Shown here one piece after another: positions 25,560 to 38,561 of a stretch of 64,000 nt of DNA. A program made the translations under genes and the position numbers. The notes under the pieces are model-generated. The model was not told where the DNA came from, searched no databases, and worked only from the letters and a program-made list of their open reading frames with translations. Location: contig NC_043002.1 in the NCBI RefSeq assembly GCF_006345805.1, positions 96,720,001-96,784,000 of the forward strand, written 5' to 3'. Source of the stretch: Octopus sinensis. Lineage: Eukaryota. How positions within the stretch are numbered: position 1 is the stretch's first letter; each line of letters starts with the position of its first letter.

Positions 25560-27375
25560 GGATAACATCCTGCTGTCAGACGTTACATGGGATCTCTTTC
25601 CGCACAGTATAAGCATTGATACTTGTTTGTTAGTATCGTGAGAGTCATTCAATAACCAAGTACCAAAATCTCAAAATGCTAACTGTCCCCAGCAGAGCAT
25701 TTTTTTGTTGGGGGAGGGGCGGTCTGTTCTGTTCTCATGTCAATTCCGATTTCTCTAACATATTTCTCAAACTTGGTTGTTCGTACTCCGAGTGCCCCTA
25801 CAACTACTGGGATGATAGACACTCTCCTCAATGCCCTCATTCTTGCAATTTCGTCTCTTAGAAGTCTGTACTTTTCAATCTTTTATAGTTCTTTGTTATT
25901 TATGCGTGCACCCCCATATATTGCAATATCTATAATCTTGCTTTCCTGTTTTTCCTTTATCTGCCTCAACAATATTTGATCTCCGAGCATTGATTAGGGA
26001 GTCACATTGGATTGCAAAATCCTACAGTATCTTATATTCCTTGTTCTCGGTGACTCCTGGTTCATGTTCGTACCATTTCCATACTCTGTCCGGGAATCAC
26101 TTTTCACATAGCCTCCAGTGGACAAACTTGGCTACATTATCGTGCCTCCTTTTGTAGTTCCTTTGGACCAGCTTGCTACACTCACAATATGTGAGTTTCG
26201 TTTTTGCTGCAAACATCCGCAGCTCTAATCTATTTGGAACTTGGTGTAATTAGTTTTCAGAGATTTACCTGGGCCCTGCATATCACTGCCCCGATGCATC
26301 CTTTCAGGTCACATTGTATTAGCCATCCCCAAGTGCTGGTCTTGGCACAACAGCCAGTAGACATATCTGGCCACATTGTCGTGTCTCCTCTTGTCTTCGC
26401 GTTGTGCGAGCGTACAGCACTCACTAATAATATGGCTTATACTTTCTCCCTTCTCAGAGTACATCCAACACTGTGGCGAGTCAGTGCTTTTATCAATGTG
26501 ATATTTGGAGTAGTTTGTTCTGATAGCTTTTCTTGGGCACTGCACAATAGTGCCTTAGTGGTCCCTTTTAAGTCTTCTTTTTGCAGTCATTGCCAGGTTC
26601 TATTCCAATCAGTCTCATTTTTATTCTTCAAGAACTGACTTTGCGTTTTCTGGTTCTGCCAAATTTTCATCTGCTATCTCTGGTCTTTCTTAAATTGTGT
26701 TGGATCTACAGCTTCGTTCACGTTTAAGGTTCCCTGCATTTTCACTGACTCAATAATTTCTCCTTTACTCCCCTTGACATACCAAGTCAAGCTATTCTCC
26801 TCTTCCTCGACAACCTTCACAATACACCAGTCCCCGTCCTCCTTCTTTCCTCTTTACGTACAACCTCTACACATCACTCTTGGTGTGTAGTTCCCTTTTC
26901 ATTGTCATTAATTTACGGTTCTCCGGTTTATCTCTTGCAATTCATGCTTCTTCCAAGACACTATTCCTGCCCCACGTCTCATCAATTAAACGGTCCACGT
27001 ATTAATAGCTCTAATCTTATAACTACCATTTAGCTTCGATTGGAGTAGAGGCAGAGAATTTGCCATCACCAATTTTTTGTGTCTCTTCTTTCAGTCAACC
27101 AGGATAGTCTTATCGATTATTAATTGATCATTCCTTATTCTGCCCTTACGTCTACACCCTCTTTGTTCCACTGGAAGTAGGTTGTTCTCATCTAGGTACT
27201 TATAGATGTTGTGTGATATGATGCCCGTCATCAGTTTCCACATCAGTGGCAAACAAGATATTGGTCGGAAATGTCCAACTGCATTCCTTTTACTTGGGTC
27301 CTTCTGACATAGTACCGTTCTTCCTTTTGTCATCAAGGCTGGTACTTGGATGTCACTACTCAGTATTTCGTCCAT
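25560..27375 (-). mobile_element. Degenerate, internally deleted R4/Dong-like LINE
   Basis: FRPISCLPLMWKL, C..YSEKGESISHIISEC zinc knuckle, HDNVARY and ALLGT motifs. Confidence 0.85.
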
Positions 27376-28413
27376 CTAATTATAATGTGTGTATTTCTAT
27401 TTAGAGTGTAATGGATGTTTATCCGCGGGTATATGCCACCGTTACAATGAAAAATGGATGGAAAAGTCGGCTGGCGTGTGTGCCTTAAAGGAATGCCAGC
27501 TTGTGAGACGATATCGGAAAATATATGCAAAGTCTGTCTGTAAGTTGACAAAGAAAATTTTGATTTCCTCTTCGTTACGTGTTTTAAACCAGCAAAATCC
27601 CAAAGAGGATTTATATTTGCATTCTTTTGATTGCGATAGGCGAAATTCAGCATCTGTTTATTACTGACCATCTACTAAAGTTAACTGTGAGATTGATGTA
27701 CCTCAACTCCCAGTAGGTTATATCAACTTAGTTAACTTAACTCGATTAATGTCCAAAACAATTGGGTTTGATCTTAGTACGGAAAGGAAGGTAGCTGACT
27801 ACCACATAGCATCTTGGCAGCCACACTAATGATTCCGTTAGGCTGGTAGAATGGTTAGCACGTCGAACAAAATGGTTAGCAGCCTTTCTTCAGGATCTTT
27901 ACATTCTGAACTTATATCCCACTAATTTCAACTTTAATTTTCATCCCGTCAAGGTGGAAAATGAAGGTACCAGTTACATATCGGAACCGATGAAATTTAC
28001 TGGCAATAAAGCCTGTAACGGATAGATCTCCTGTTCATGGGGATCTGGTCGCTTAAACGCCTCGTAAACTGGGTAACCGGAATTACGAACCCTATGGCAC
28101 ACACACACACACCACACACACACACACACACACATACATATATATATATATGTGTATATATGTGTGGCTATTCTACTAAGCATTTTACCCGGCGTACGAA
28201 AGATTCTATTCTACTCTAGGCACGAGACCCAACATTTTTGAGAGGGGACGTGTCGATTAGATCGACCCAGTACGCAACTGGTAATTAGTTTATTAGCACC
28301 GAAAGGATGAAACGCAAAGTCGACCTCGGCGGAATTTGAATTCAGAACGTGAAGACAGACGAAATACCGCTAAGCATTTCAACAGTTTCTGCCAGTTCGA
28401 CGCCTTGAGATAT

Positions 28414-28473
<60 letters not shown>

Positions 28474-28477
28474 ATAT

Positions 28478-28710
28478 CGGGAGCACTCCGTCGGTTACGA
28501 CGACGTGGGCCCCAACCGATGAGATCAACAGAACAGCTTGCTGTGAAATTAACGTGCAATTGGCTGAGCACTCCTTAGCCATGTGGATTGGGGCAACGTG
28601 AAATAAAGTGTCTTACTCAAGGAAAGAACGCGTTGCCGAGCCAAGAATTGAACTCATGATCTTCCGATCGTGATCCGAATGCCCTACCCAGTAAGCCACA
28701 CGCTTTTATA
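28478..28710 (-). mobile_element. tRNA-derived SINE, family 3
   Basis: tRNA-like head with GAGTTCAATTC B-box. The body matches 53976-54122. Confidence 0.7.
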
Positions 28711-29070
28711 TATACATATATATAATACACACATACACACATATATATATATATATATGTATATATGTATATATATATATGTATATATGTATATATATAT
28801 GTATGTGTTCTCGAGCAAGGCACTTTATTTCACGTTGCTCCAGTTCACTCAGCTGTAGAAATGAGCTGCGACGTCACTGGTGGCAAGCTGTATCGACCTT
28901 TGTCTTTCCCTTGGATAACACTGGTGGCGTGGAGAGGGGAGGCTGGTATGCATGGGCGACTGCTGGCCTTCCATAAAACAACCTTCCCCGGACTTGTGTC
29001 TAGGAGGATAACTTTCTAGGTGCAATCCCATGGTCATTCATGACCGAAGGGGGTCTTAAATATATATATA

Positions 29071-29441
29071 TCTATATATATAAACGGTAGTTTGTCTGTG
29101 CGTGTTTCTGTGTGTCTGTTTGCTTGTACCCTCACTCTGACCACGGCTTTCAACCGATTCTGATGAAACTTGACACACACATAGCTCAATGTCATAATTC
29201 AAAACTAACGCAGCGAAAATTTTGAAAAGTTCCCCCAGTTCTGAAAAAAATCGATAAATTCGACATGGGGTCGAGAATCAGAAACACAAACCGCAAACTG
29301 TCTAGGGGACGCAACTCCACCTTTTTTTACTCTCAAAAAAAATTTACCATCATTTTTTTCCATTTTTTGTCTATAACTCTCTAAAAATGCTTTATAGTTA
29401 TTTCCCTTACAAACCTGAGCAACGCCGGGCGATACTGCTAG
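29071..29441 (+). mobile_element. Non-autonomous Helitron
   Basis: A|TC start, CTAG|T end, and a subterminal hairpin CCTGAGCAACGCCGGG. Confidence 0.8.
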
Positions 29442-29704
29442 TATTGTATAAAGGGCATTATTACACATACTATCAGAAGACTATGGAAATATTTACCTAT
29501 CTGAAGACTATGGAAATATCTACAAAACATTTCACGTGTTTTTTCTCAAAGTTAATTGTTTTTCTTATTTTACACTTAGCTGAAAAAATCTGAAAGTCGG
29601 AAACCGGTAATAAAATGTACTTCATGATAAACTTATTTTAGCATTGTCTTATTTCCCTTATATATATCAGCTAGTGTGTTAATTTTCTACCTTCTACCCC
29701 CCCC

Positions 29705-29742
<38 letters not shown>

Positions 29743-30177
29743 CAAAATATATATGTGTACATGTAGACAACTGAACACAAAAACTCACAAGAAAAGTAAG
29801 TACATACATAAGGCTACATGTGAGTACATGAATACGACGCTAAACATTGCCACATGATACTAACACACGGACGTAGCGGAGAAGACACAAACATTTCTAA
29901 GACCAGTGATATGATTAGCGTCTATCAATCAAACCCTATTCAAAATATATAGTAATTTGAGCTATGAACTCCTTATAAAAATAGGGCAAGCTTCAAACAC
30001 TAGTCAAAAGCAAAATTGCTGCGACATAAGCCACGTCTTTCTATTTCAAATTTTTGATTATCAGTGTAAACTCTGACACCGGGTAAAACTTTAAAAATTA
30101 TAATTAAAATATCTTAAATATTATAATAAAAAATATTCTCAGTGCATTTTCAACTTCTATTTGTCATATATATGTAC

Positions 30178-30250
<73 letters not shown>

Positions 30251-30505
30251 ATATTAAATTAGAGATAAAACCACTATTAGGCAAATCAAAGAGTGAAAAT
30301 CATAAACCAATACATAGAAATAAAATTAATTAATAAAAAATATATATAAAATATAAAATTCAAAATTTTAAAATTATTTAAATTATAATTTATACTAATA
30401 AATTTATATATATATATATAATATATATATATATAATTTTTTTAGATATATATAACTATCAAAAAGTATTAAAAGTTTAATTTAAGATAAAGAGTAAAAC
30501 CACTA

Positions 30506-30548
<43 letters not shown>

Positions 30549-30589
30549 GTGTGTGTGTGTATGGAAACTGAAAGAAGCCCGTGCCACGC

Positions 30590-30655
<66 letters not shown>

Positions 30656-31171
30656 CATATGTCTGTGTGTGCGTCTGTGTTTGTGTGTCGGTGTTTGTCC
30701 CCCCAACATCTCTTGACACCCGATGCTGGTGTGTTTATGTCCCCGTAACTTAGCAGTTCGACAAAAAAAACATCGTTAGTATAAGTACTAGGCTTACAAA
30801 GAATAGGTCCTGGGCTCGATTTGCTTGTCGAAAGGTGGTGCTCCAGCATGACCGCAGTGAAATAACTGAAACAATTAAAGAATATATATATATATATATA
30901 TGTATATGTATATACACACATACACATGTGTATGTACGCATATATGTATATATGCCTATGTTTTATTGCCCTTTTCCCTTATTTTACTTCTTAATAAACG
31001 TAGTTATTTAGTCCATGGGTTTATGCGTTTCATTATTTATGCAGTTTACTTAAATATTTCGTATCTGTAAACCACTTAAATTTTAAACCTATTCCGTCTC
31101 TATGCAATTGGTATAAAATATATGTGAGTCTATTTTGTTATATATCCAGTTGACTTATTGTACTCTCTCTC

Positions 31172-31579
31172 TTTTACTCTTTTACTTGTTTCAGTCATTT
31201 GGCTGCGGCCATGCTGGAGCACCGCCTTTAGTCGAGCAAATCGACCCCGGGACTTATTCTTTGTAAGCCCAGTACTTATTCTATCGGTCTCTTTTGCCGA
31301 ACCGCTAAGTGACGGGGACGTAAACACACCAGCATCGGTTGTCAAGCAATGCTAGGGGGACAAACAAAGACACACAAACACACACACACACATATATACA
31401 TAAATATACATATATACGACAGGCTTCTTTCAGTTTCCGTCTACCAAATCCACTCACAAGGCATTGGTCGGCCCGGGGCTATAGCAGAAGACACTCGCCC
31501 AAGATGCCACGCAGTGGGACTGAACCCGGAACCATGTGTTGGTAGGCAAGCTACTTACCACACAGCCACTCCTGCGCCT
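31172..31579 (-). mobile_element. Full-length family-2 SINE, fused downstream of a 5S copy
   Basis: AGGCGCAGG head at 31579, GGGTTCAGTCCC B-box-like motif, (AAAGAGT)n-type tail. Confidence 0.9.
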
Positions 31580-31587
31580 ATGTGCTA

Positions 31588-31706
31588 TGCTTACTGCACC
31601 TAGGTTTTCCAAGCGGTCACCCATCTAAGTCCTGACTAGGCTCGACGTTGCTTAACTTCAGTGATCAGACGAGAACTGGTGCTTTCAACATGATATGGCC
31701 GTACTA
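31588..31706 (-). rRNA. 5S rRNA copy, probably a pseudogene or retrocopy
   Basis: TACGGCCATATCATGTTGAAAGCACCAGTTCTCGTCTGATCACTGAAGTTAAGCAACGTCGAGCC...GATGGGTGACCGC...GTAAGC matches metazoan 5S over 119 nt. It has many CpG-type transitions and no oligo-T terminator. Confidence 0.9.
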
Positions 31707-31774
31707 ATTACATCTTTCTAAACATTCGTACTTCACTATTTTTCCTTCGGATACATTTTTACGGCACTGTACTT

Positions 31775-32990
31775 TATACGAAGGGATACGCAGCAACAAA
31801 CCAGAGTTTTGCAATATTATTTTATTCTCTTAGTTTTACATATTTATACTTTTATCAAAGTATTCTCCATTTCAAGCAATGCATCGCTCCAAACGTCTTT
31901 TCCACTGTTCGAAAAAGTGCTGGAATTCTTGCGAAGTGACGCCTTTTTACGCCTCCGTTGTTTTCTTTTTCTTTACCTCTTCGACATCTACAAAACGCTT
32001 TACTTCAATGACTTTTTTCATTCGAAGGAGCAATAAGAAAAAAGTCGCAAGGAGTAAAATCGGGTGACTTAGAAAGGTGGGTAAGTAGGGTCATGCTGGT
32101 TTTGGTCGAAAATTGTTTCACACTAATGGTGGTGTGCGCAGGCGCATGGTAGTGACGTAACTACCACTCTCCAATTTGCTACAGGTCGGGGTGTTTTCGT
32201 CTCATCACCTCTTGCAAACGTTTAAGAATTTCCAAATAAGATCTCTGGTTAAGAGTTTGACCAGCGGAACAAATTCTATGTGGACAACTTTCGCATCGAT
32301 GAAAATAATCAGGATCGTCTTGGACATCACTTGACACCCTTTTGGCGCGACGGCGTCGTGACAATAAATGCTTCGATTAACTAGATTGCTGCTTCGCTTC
32401 CAGGTCGTAGCTGTAGATTCAGCATTCATCACCAGGGATGTCCTCCGATAAAAATTCTTGATCAACTTCCAATTGTGCTTCCAGTTCACGATACGCATGC
32501 AGTAGCGACTCCTTTGATCTTCCGTGAGCAAGCGAGCAAGTTTGGTTACAACTATTTTCATTTGCAATTCCTGGTTCACCAATTCGTTGGCAAGAGTTCC
32601 AGGACACACCAGTCATATCAACCAGTTCGTCAATTGTTCGGTGACGGTCCCCCAAGATCAGATATTGAATTTTCGTGATGTTTTCATTCGTTCGGGTGTT
32701 CGACGGTCGCCCTGAACGAGGTTGGTCTTCAAGAAACAAGTGACCATTCCTAAAGCATGGAAACCAATCATAAAACTTGTACTTTGCTCATGGCAGCGTC
32801 CTTGTAAGCAGTTTGAAGCATAACAACTGTTTCGGCGGCCGTTTTTCCTAGCAGAAAACAGAATTTCACGGAAGCACGCTGTTCTTTCGTTTCAACCAAC
32901 GCAAAAATCGACGAACAGAGGAAAAACACTGCAAAATAATGATGCACAACGTTGCAGCACGACAGCACCTCATGACGCCGGGTTGCACAC
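31775..32990 (-). pseudogene. Frameshifted mariner transposase
   Basis: EQRASVKFCFLLGKTAAET HTH, PRSGRP and YLEILKRL motifs across several frames. Confidence 0.9.
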
Positions 32991-33647
32991 TGATACCTGA
33001 GGGTTGCATCAAGCAGTTTCTTGCAGCGGATGTCTTTTGCTGATATTACTCTCTATATTTCATAAACACAATATCTCTCTCATTCCTTTAGAGTAATATC
33101 ATTTCTCTCTCTCTCTCTTTCTCTTATTGATACCTGTATGTTATTAACGATAATCTACCTGACTCTCTCTCTCTCTCTCACGCAGTCTCTTTATCTCTCC
33201 CCTCTCTCTCTCTCTCTCATACATCATCTTCACATAATTCACCAATACTCATGATTTCCTTTTCAGTATCTTACTAAGTCTCCTTTCCTCTCTTCTATAG
33301 TAATTATTTTTTATTAATTATTGTCTTACATTAAAAATGTGAACATGGATATCTTTGTATATGTACGCTGGAGTTCATGCAACCATGATATTCTGTTGAT
33401 CAGAAAAACTAACCTTCTTTACTGGCATTCATTTGCAAAATGTACAGCATACACACTAGTGCAGATATGGAAAATGTATTATCATATACTAAAATAAAAT
33501 ATTTCTGTATGATGTGGGCTGAGAATCCACCGTCCTTCAATGGAGATGAACTGATGAAATAAATATATTCATCTCATACCACCTGAATTTCTTTGCACAC
33601 ACACGCACGCACTCTCGCACGTGTACATACATACATACATACATACA

Positions 33648-33681
<34 letters not shown>

Positions 33682-34333
33682 CATATATACATACATACAT
33701 ACATGCATACATACATGCATACATACATACATACATACATACATAATACATACATACATACATAATACATACATACATACATATTTACATACATATATAC
33801 ATACATATATACATACATACGTACATCCACACACACATACATCCGTTGATCAGATCAAGTGGGACGCCCGAAGTCATTTTACACTTATAACCGAATATAA
33901 GGCTTCAAATAGCTTTCATGCTACTGGTGTATATTGAAATACCTTTTTTTGGCTCTCCTTAAATAAACGAGGCGGAGAACATACAGACGTTTACTTTAAT
34001 CTATTCTGATTTTAGGAATATGAACTCAAGATATAAAGTTCCTAAAGAAACAGTGAGCTGGCAAAATAGTTAGCACGCCGGGCATATTCGCTCATCGGAA
34101 TCTCTTCTGGTTTGGGATTAGATTTCAGAATCTGCCGACATTTGATCCCATCAACGTCCATAAAAAATAAGTAACTGCCAAGCATTAAGGTCGATGTAAT
34201 CAACTTAACCGATGCACTGAAATAGCCGGCCTTTTACCAAAGTTTTCAGCTGTTATAGCCATAATTAATTCAAAGATAATTACTTAATAAATTAATCGAT
34301 TTATCTGGGATATTTTCTTCTTATCAACAACAG

Positions 34334-34481
34334 TTTGTCGAATGCATAATGGCAAATGTATTAGGAGACGTAAATGGGCGAGCTACAACGAGTTTGGAGA
34401 ATGTTGGTCTTACAGGTGCAAAATTACCGGAAGTAACAGCGTTCGAATCGAATCAATGTCAGGGGGACACTGTTCACAAAA
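34334..34481 (+). CDS. Predicted paralog B exon 3, Cys-rich: (I)CRMHNGKCIRRRKWASYNEFGECWSYRCKITGSNSVRIESMSGGHCSQ
   Basis: Pyrimidine tract plus CAG acceptor, perfect GTAAGT donor at 34482, open in the phase required by exon 2, non-repetitive. A second frame is also open, and no paralog exon confirms it. Confidence 0.6.
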
Positions 34482-34619
34482 GTAAGTACATATTTTAACC
34501 TATTTAATTTGGTTCATATAATACATTTACTCCATATCACTCTTGAGTTTCCCCTGTAATACACGTCCTCTTCTGCTCTACCTCTACTCCAGTTAGCTTT
34601 CATAAGGATATAAAAATAC

Positions 34620-35560
34620 GGTTCTAGGTAAATTCCACCGCGGTAAATTCTACCACGGAAATTTCCACCAGGTGAATTTCTCCATAGGTAAATTCCACCA
34701 TGGTATATTCCACGATGGTAAATTCCGCTCGTGGACAGACTTCTAATATAAGCTGCTCCAGCTAATAATCACCGTGGTAAGTTTCTCTAGACCGTGGGCC
34801 AATACCTATGTTATTTAATTAGCTGTCTCTCAACTCTTAAGAAGAGAAAAGGAGAGAGAGAGAGAGAGTCTGAAGGTGAGATAGAAAATAATTTTTATAA
34901 TCTACTTGAACTGAGGTAGGATCAATTTAATGTACTCCCATCGAGTAAGGATCTATGAAAAAGATTCATCATCAATTTCAAAGATAATATAATTTGGGAT
35001 AAAGAAAGAAAAGATTAAATTTTAGTACACATTTTGTTATAACAATAGGATTAAAAAATAACGGCGAGTACATTGTGAAGCAGAGTTAGGATAAGAAAGT
35101 TTAATTTATTTTTAAAAATTTAGTAAAAAATTCCTCAAGTCAAATTGTGTGCAATACTTCTTAAAAATTGTAGAGGGTTTTCATTTTGATATTCCTGAAC
35201 TGGCTTCTTCAGGCATGCATCATTAATTTGATAGGTATTTTTATTTTGTTGTTGTTAAGTCTCTACGCCGAATGTGTGCAATTTTTGTCAAGTTCGACCC
35301 TTCTTCCGTTTTGAGGGCAGTGCATAGTTTCCATAAATTTGGATGTCTGGATGTTAGTGATGAGCGCAAAGCATTGGGAAACCCTTCTAAAGACTTATTT
35401 GATCTTGACAAGTCCTTTAAGACGCGATCATTCCTGAGTTGTATAGGAAAATATGGAGGGTCTCTTCGACAACGAAGACCGTGCTCCATTACAATCCCAA
35501 TGTATGTAATCTCAAAATAGGTCATAATCTCAGAAGGGATGCCTTCACCGTCAGACAAAC
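34620..35560 (-). mobile_element. MULE/Mutator-like transposon remnant with subterminal 15-bp tandem repeats
   Basis: YFEITYIG...P.FPI...SN..LEG..NA....HPNLWK motif. GGTAAATTCCACC-type repeats at 34627-34735. Confidence 0.75.
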
Positions 35561-35699
35561 CTTGAAATACATTGACAACGTCTTCAGCGTATATTTTGTA
35601 TTCAACAGTCGACAGTAATCACTTGGTATCCACGATGGTATACATTTCAAACGTGAAAACAAAAGTATTTTGTGTTAATCTTTATAAAATCCACCGAGA

Positions 35700-36303
35700 G
35701 AAGTCATCGTGCCTTGCTATGCTAACGGCCCGTGTTTGCGAAAGACGACATGACAACGTGGCAATAATGATACATTGGGAGCTCTGTTGAAATCACGGCC
35801 TACAAAGAGCAAAGACGTGGTGTAAGCAAACCCTAGAAGGAGTCACCGAGAATAAAGATTGAACAATCATGTGGGATGCAACGATTTAGTGCGATGACAA
35901 TGGATATTGTTGTAGTGAATAAAAAAGAAGGAACTTTCATGATAATCGACATAGTATGTCCCGGTGACAACAGGATCAAAGAGAAAAGAAGAAAAAAATA
36001 GACAACTATGACGATTTGAAGTAGGAAATACGAAGGTTGTGGTCAATGAGGAGAGTAGACGTGGTACCAATAGTAATTGGTGCACTTGGAAGTATCCCCA
36101 ATCAACTACGAGCATGGTTGGAAAAGATTTGTACAAATGTAAAGGTAGACCACTTACAAAAATCAGCATTGCGTGGAACTGCAAGGATTCTTCGAAGGGT
36201 TCTTGAAACCTGACACGTAAACAAGTGTCACCTTAGTGGATAAAAGCTGTGAACAGCTGTTATTTTCCATCATACCCAGAAAAATACGCTATGAGTTCCA
36301 ATC
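35700..36303 (+). mobile_element. 5'-truncated R4/Dong-like LINE ending in (TAA)n
   Basis: RRHDNVA..IHWEL, IID..CPGD and LQKSAL.GTARILRRVLET* motifs, then a 3' UTR and TAA repeats. Confidence 0.85.
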
Positions 36304-36304
36304 A

Positions 36305-36407
<103 letters not shown>

Positions 36408-36461
36408 GCAACAACAACAATAATGATGATGAGGATGATGATGATGATAATAATAATGATA

Positions 36462-36493
<32 letters not shown>

Positions 36494-37650
36494 TAAAAAA
36501 AATAAAAAAATAATAATAATAATAATATAGCAACTGTAACGAAAAGACTATTTTGCCATGAGGCCGATGCGAACACCCTCCCACGCCCACCCCTACCTAT
36601 TGCCTGTATTCTTTTTTTGGTCGGGATGTCGGCGACTAAACTGGCAAACCCGCAGAGCTTACCAGGAAGAAAAACAATACCTGTATGAAGGCTAATGAAT
36701 ACTTACGAGGCAACCGCCGCCGAAATAGCATTATACCTAAGAGGCAGAAGCCACCATGACGGTTGAACACACCTTCTAGGAGATGGTAACTTCAAAACTT
36801 AAACCAACATTACAGGAATCTTATTTCCTAGGTTGGAAATCCTGTCAGAGATGGTGTCACGGGAAAGAAATACTGGTGGTTGTGCAACCTCAAATTCATG
36901 AGTGCTGAAATGTCAAAGAAAAGCAAAAATGAGAACGGCGTGAATGAGGCTGGAACACTTTGTGAAGGTCTCTCGCCCAACAGTTGCTTTCAATATACAC
37001 CAGTACAGACTGTGGAATGATCATGTCATCTGTCTGGCTGCAAAAATAATGCAGTAGTACTTGCCACTCTTATATTTTTGTGAAAAACGGCATTTTATTC
37101 TACATTTTATTCTACAGGCATTTTATTCAATAGTTGAACACGTTTTATCTCCGGCGCCTTTCTGCAATTTGCAAAATCAAGTTGCTGCACAAAGTCCCAA
37201 GCACAGAGGGGCTTGCATGATGTGATATTCAAGGCATAGTTTCTTTATCAAAGCGCAACACTCGCTTACCTGAAACTTTGTTACGTGGTCCCTATAAATA
37301 CCGTAACAGAAAGCAACTAAAATCTACTCTCTGAAGAATTATTTTTACAATTTTTAATTTAAGTATATTTTTATTTAAAGATGGTTTTCAGGTTTATTTT
37401 ATTTTGTAAGATTTGAAGACCCCGATTCAATCAAATGCATAATTTTTATTCATTATGACATGGTGCAGAAGAAACCTCTACAAACCCCATAAAGTGTTGT
37501 AAGATGATATGTGTAGCAAGAGGACACTGAACCGCTTTATGTGACCTGAGGAGTAGCATTCAATTCCATTAGATCGTTCCCCATTTACTGAGGGAGCAGT
37601 ACAGAAGCAAGCCGCAAACATCGTCGCTATAACTAAAGAAGCCCATCGTA

Positions 37651-37731
<81 letters not shown>

Positions 37732-37733
<2 letters not shown>

Positions 37734-38046
37734 GCATCAAATGAAATAAAAAACAGAACACAAAGGATGTCGCGGTACACGTATTTCAAGCTTTATAAAA
37801 CAACCTATTCTTACATCAATGTATAATCGACATAACAGATGGTTTAAAGCTCTCTTCAGTTGCATGCATTTGCTATACCAAAGACTTACATCACATTATG
37901 AAAAATCCGAAAATGCGGCTGAAGAGAGCTTTAAACCATCTGTTATGTCGATTATACTTTGATGTAAGAATAGGTTGATTTATAAAGCTTGAAATACGTG
38001 TACCGCGACATCCTTTGTGTTCTGTTTTTTATTTCATTTGATGCAT
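37732..38046. repeat. Inverted duplication, 128-bp arms (2 mismatches), 59-bp spacer
   Basis: Direct reverse-complement comparison. Confidence 0.93.
37915..38006 (+). ncRNA. Type I hammerhead ribozyme motif
   Basis: Stem I GCGG/CCGC, CTGAAGA core, stem II GAGCTTTA/TAAAGCTT, GAAA, near-palindromic stem III ATACGTGT, GTA cleavage triplet (38000-38002). Confidence 0.7.
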
Positions 38047-38159
38047 ATACCCTCTCACCTCTGCCACTAGCTGGCATATACAGGTGCTTACACTTATCAA
38101 GTATTCACCCTAAATGTATTGTATATATATCTATAAATATATATATGTATATATATATG

Positions 38160-38191
<32 letters not shown>

Positions 38192-38207
38192 TGTATGTAT
38201 GTATGTA

Positions 38208-38254
<47 letters not shown>

Positions 38255-38453
38255 GTGTGTGGTGTGTGTGTGTGTGTTTGTGTGTCTGTTTGTCACCACG
38301 TCATCGCTTGAGAACTGATGTTGTGTTTATGTCCCCGTAAAATAGCTGTTCGGCAAAAGAATCCGATAGAACGACTACTAGGTTTTTTTTTATAAGGTAA
38401 AATTTCGTTTATTAAGTAATCATGCTTACCACACAGCCACTCCTGCGCCTATT

Positions 38454-38561
38454 AAAGAATATGGAACGCTTCGCGAATTTGTGTGTCACCCTTGCGCAGG
38501 GGCCATGCTAATCTTCTTTGAATCGTTACAATTTTAGTATAAGTATTACTGTTTAAATTAC
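38454..38561 (-). ncRNA. U6: U6 snRNA-like copy 1 (variant or pseudogene)
   Basis: TATACTAAAATTG.AACGAT...GAAGATTAGCATGGCCCCTGCGCAAGG.TGACAC...AAATTCG.GAAGCGTTCCATATT matches U6 over its full length. Confidence 0.92.

Noticed and set aside
34627-34735. CRISPR-like array of short repeats
   Set aside because: 15-bp head-to-tail repeats without unique spacers, no cas genes, eukaryotic context. They are subterminal repeats of the MULE remnant.
36551-36650. Possible HDV-like ribozyme (TTTGCCA/TGGCAAA and GCCGAT/GTCGGC stems, CTAA motif)
   Set aside because: The stems are simply nested. I could not build the P1/P2/P3/P1.1 double pseudoknot.
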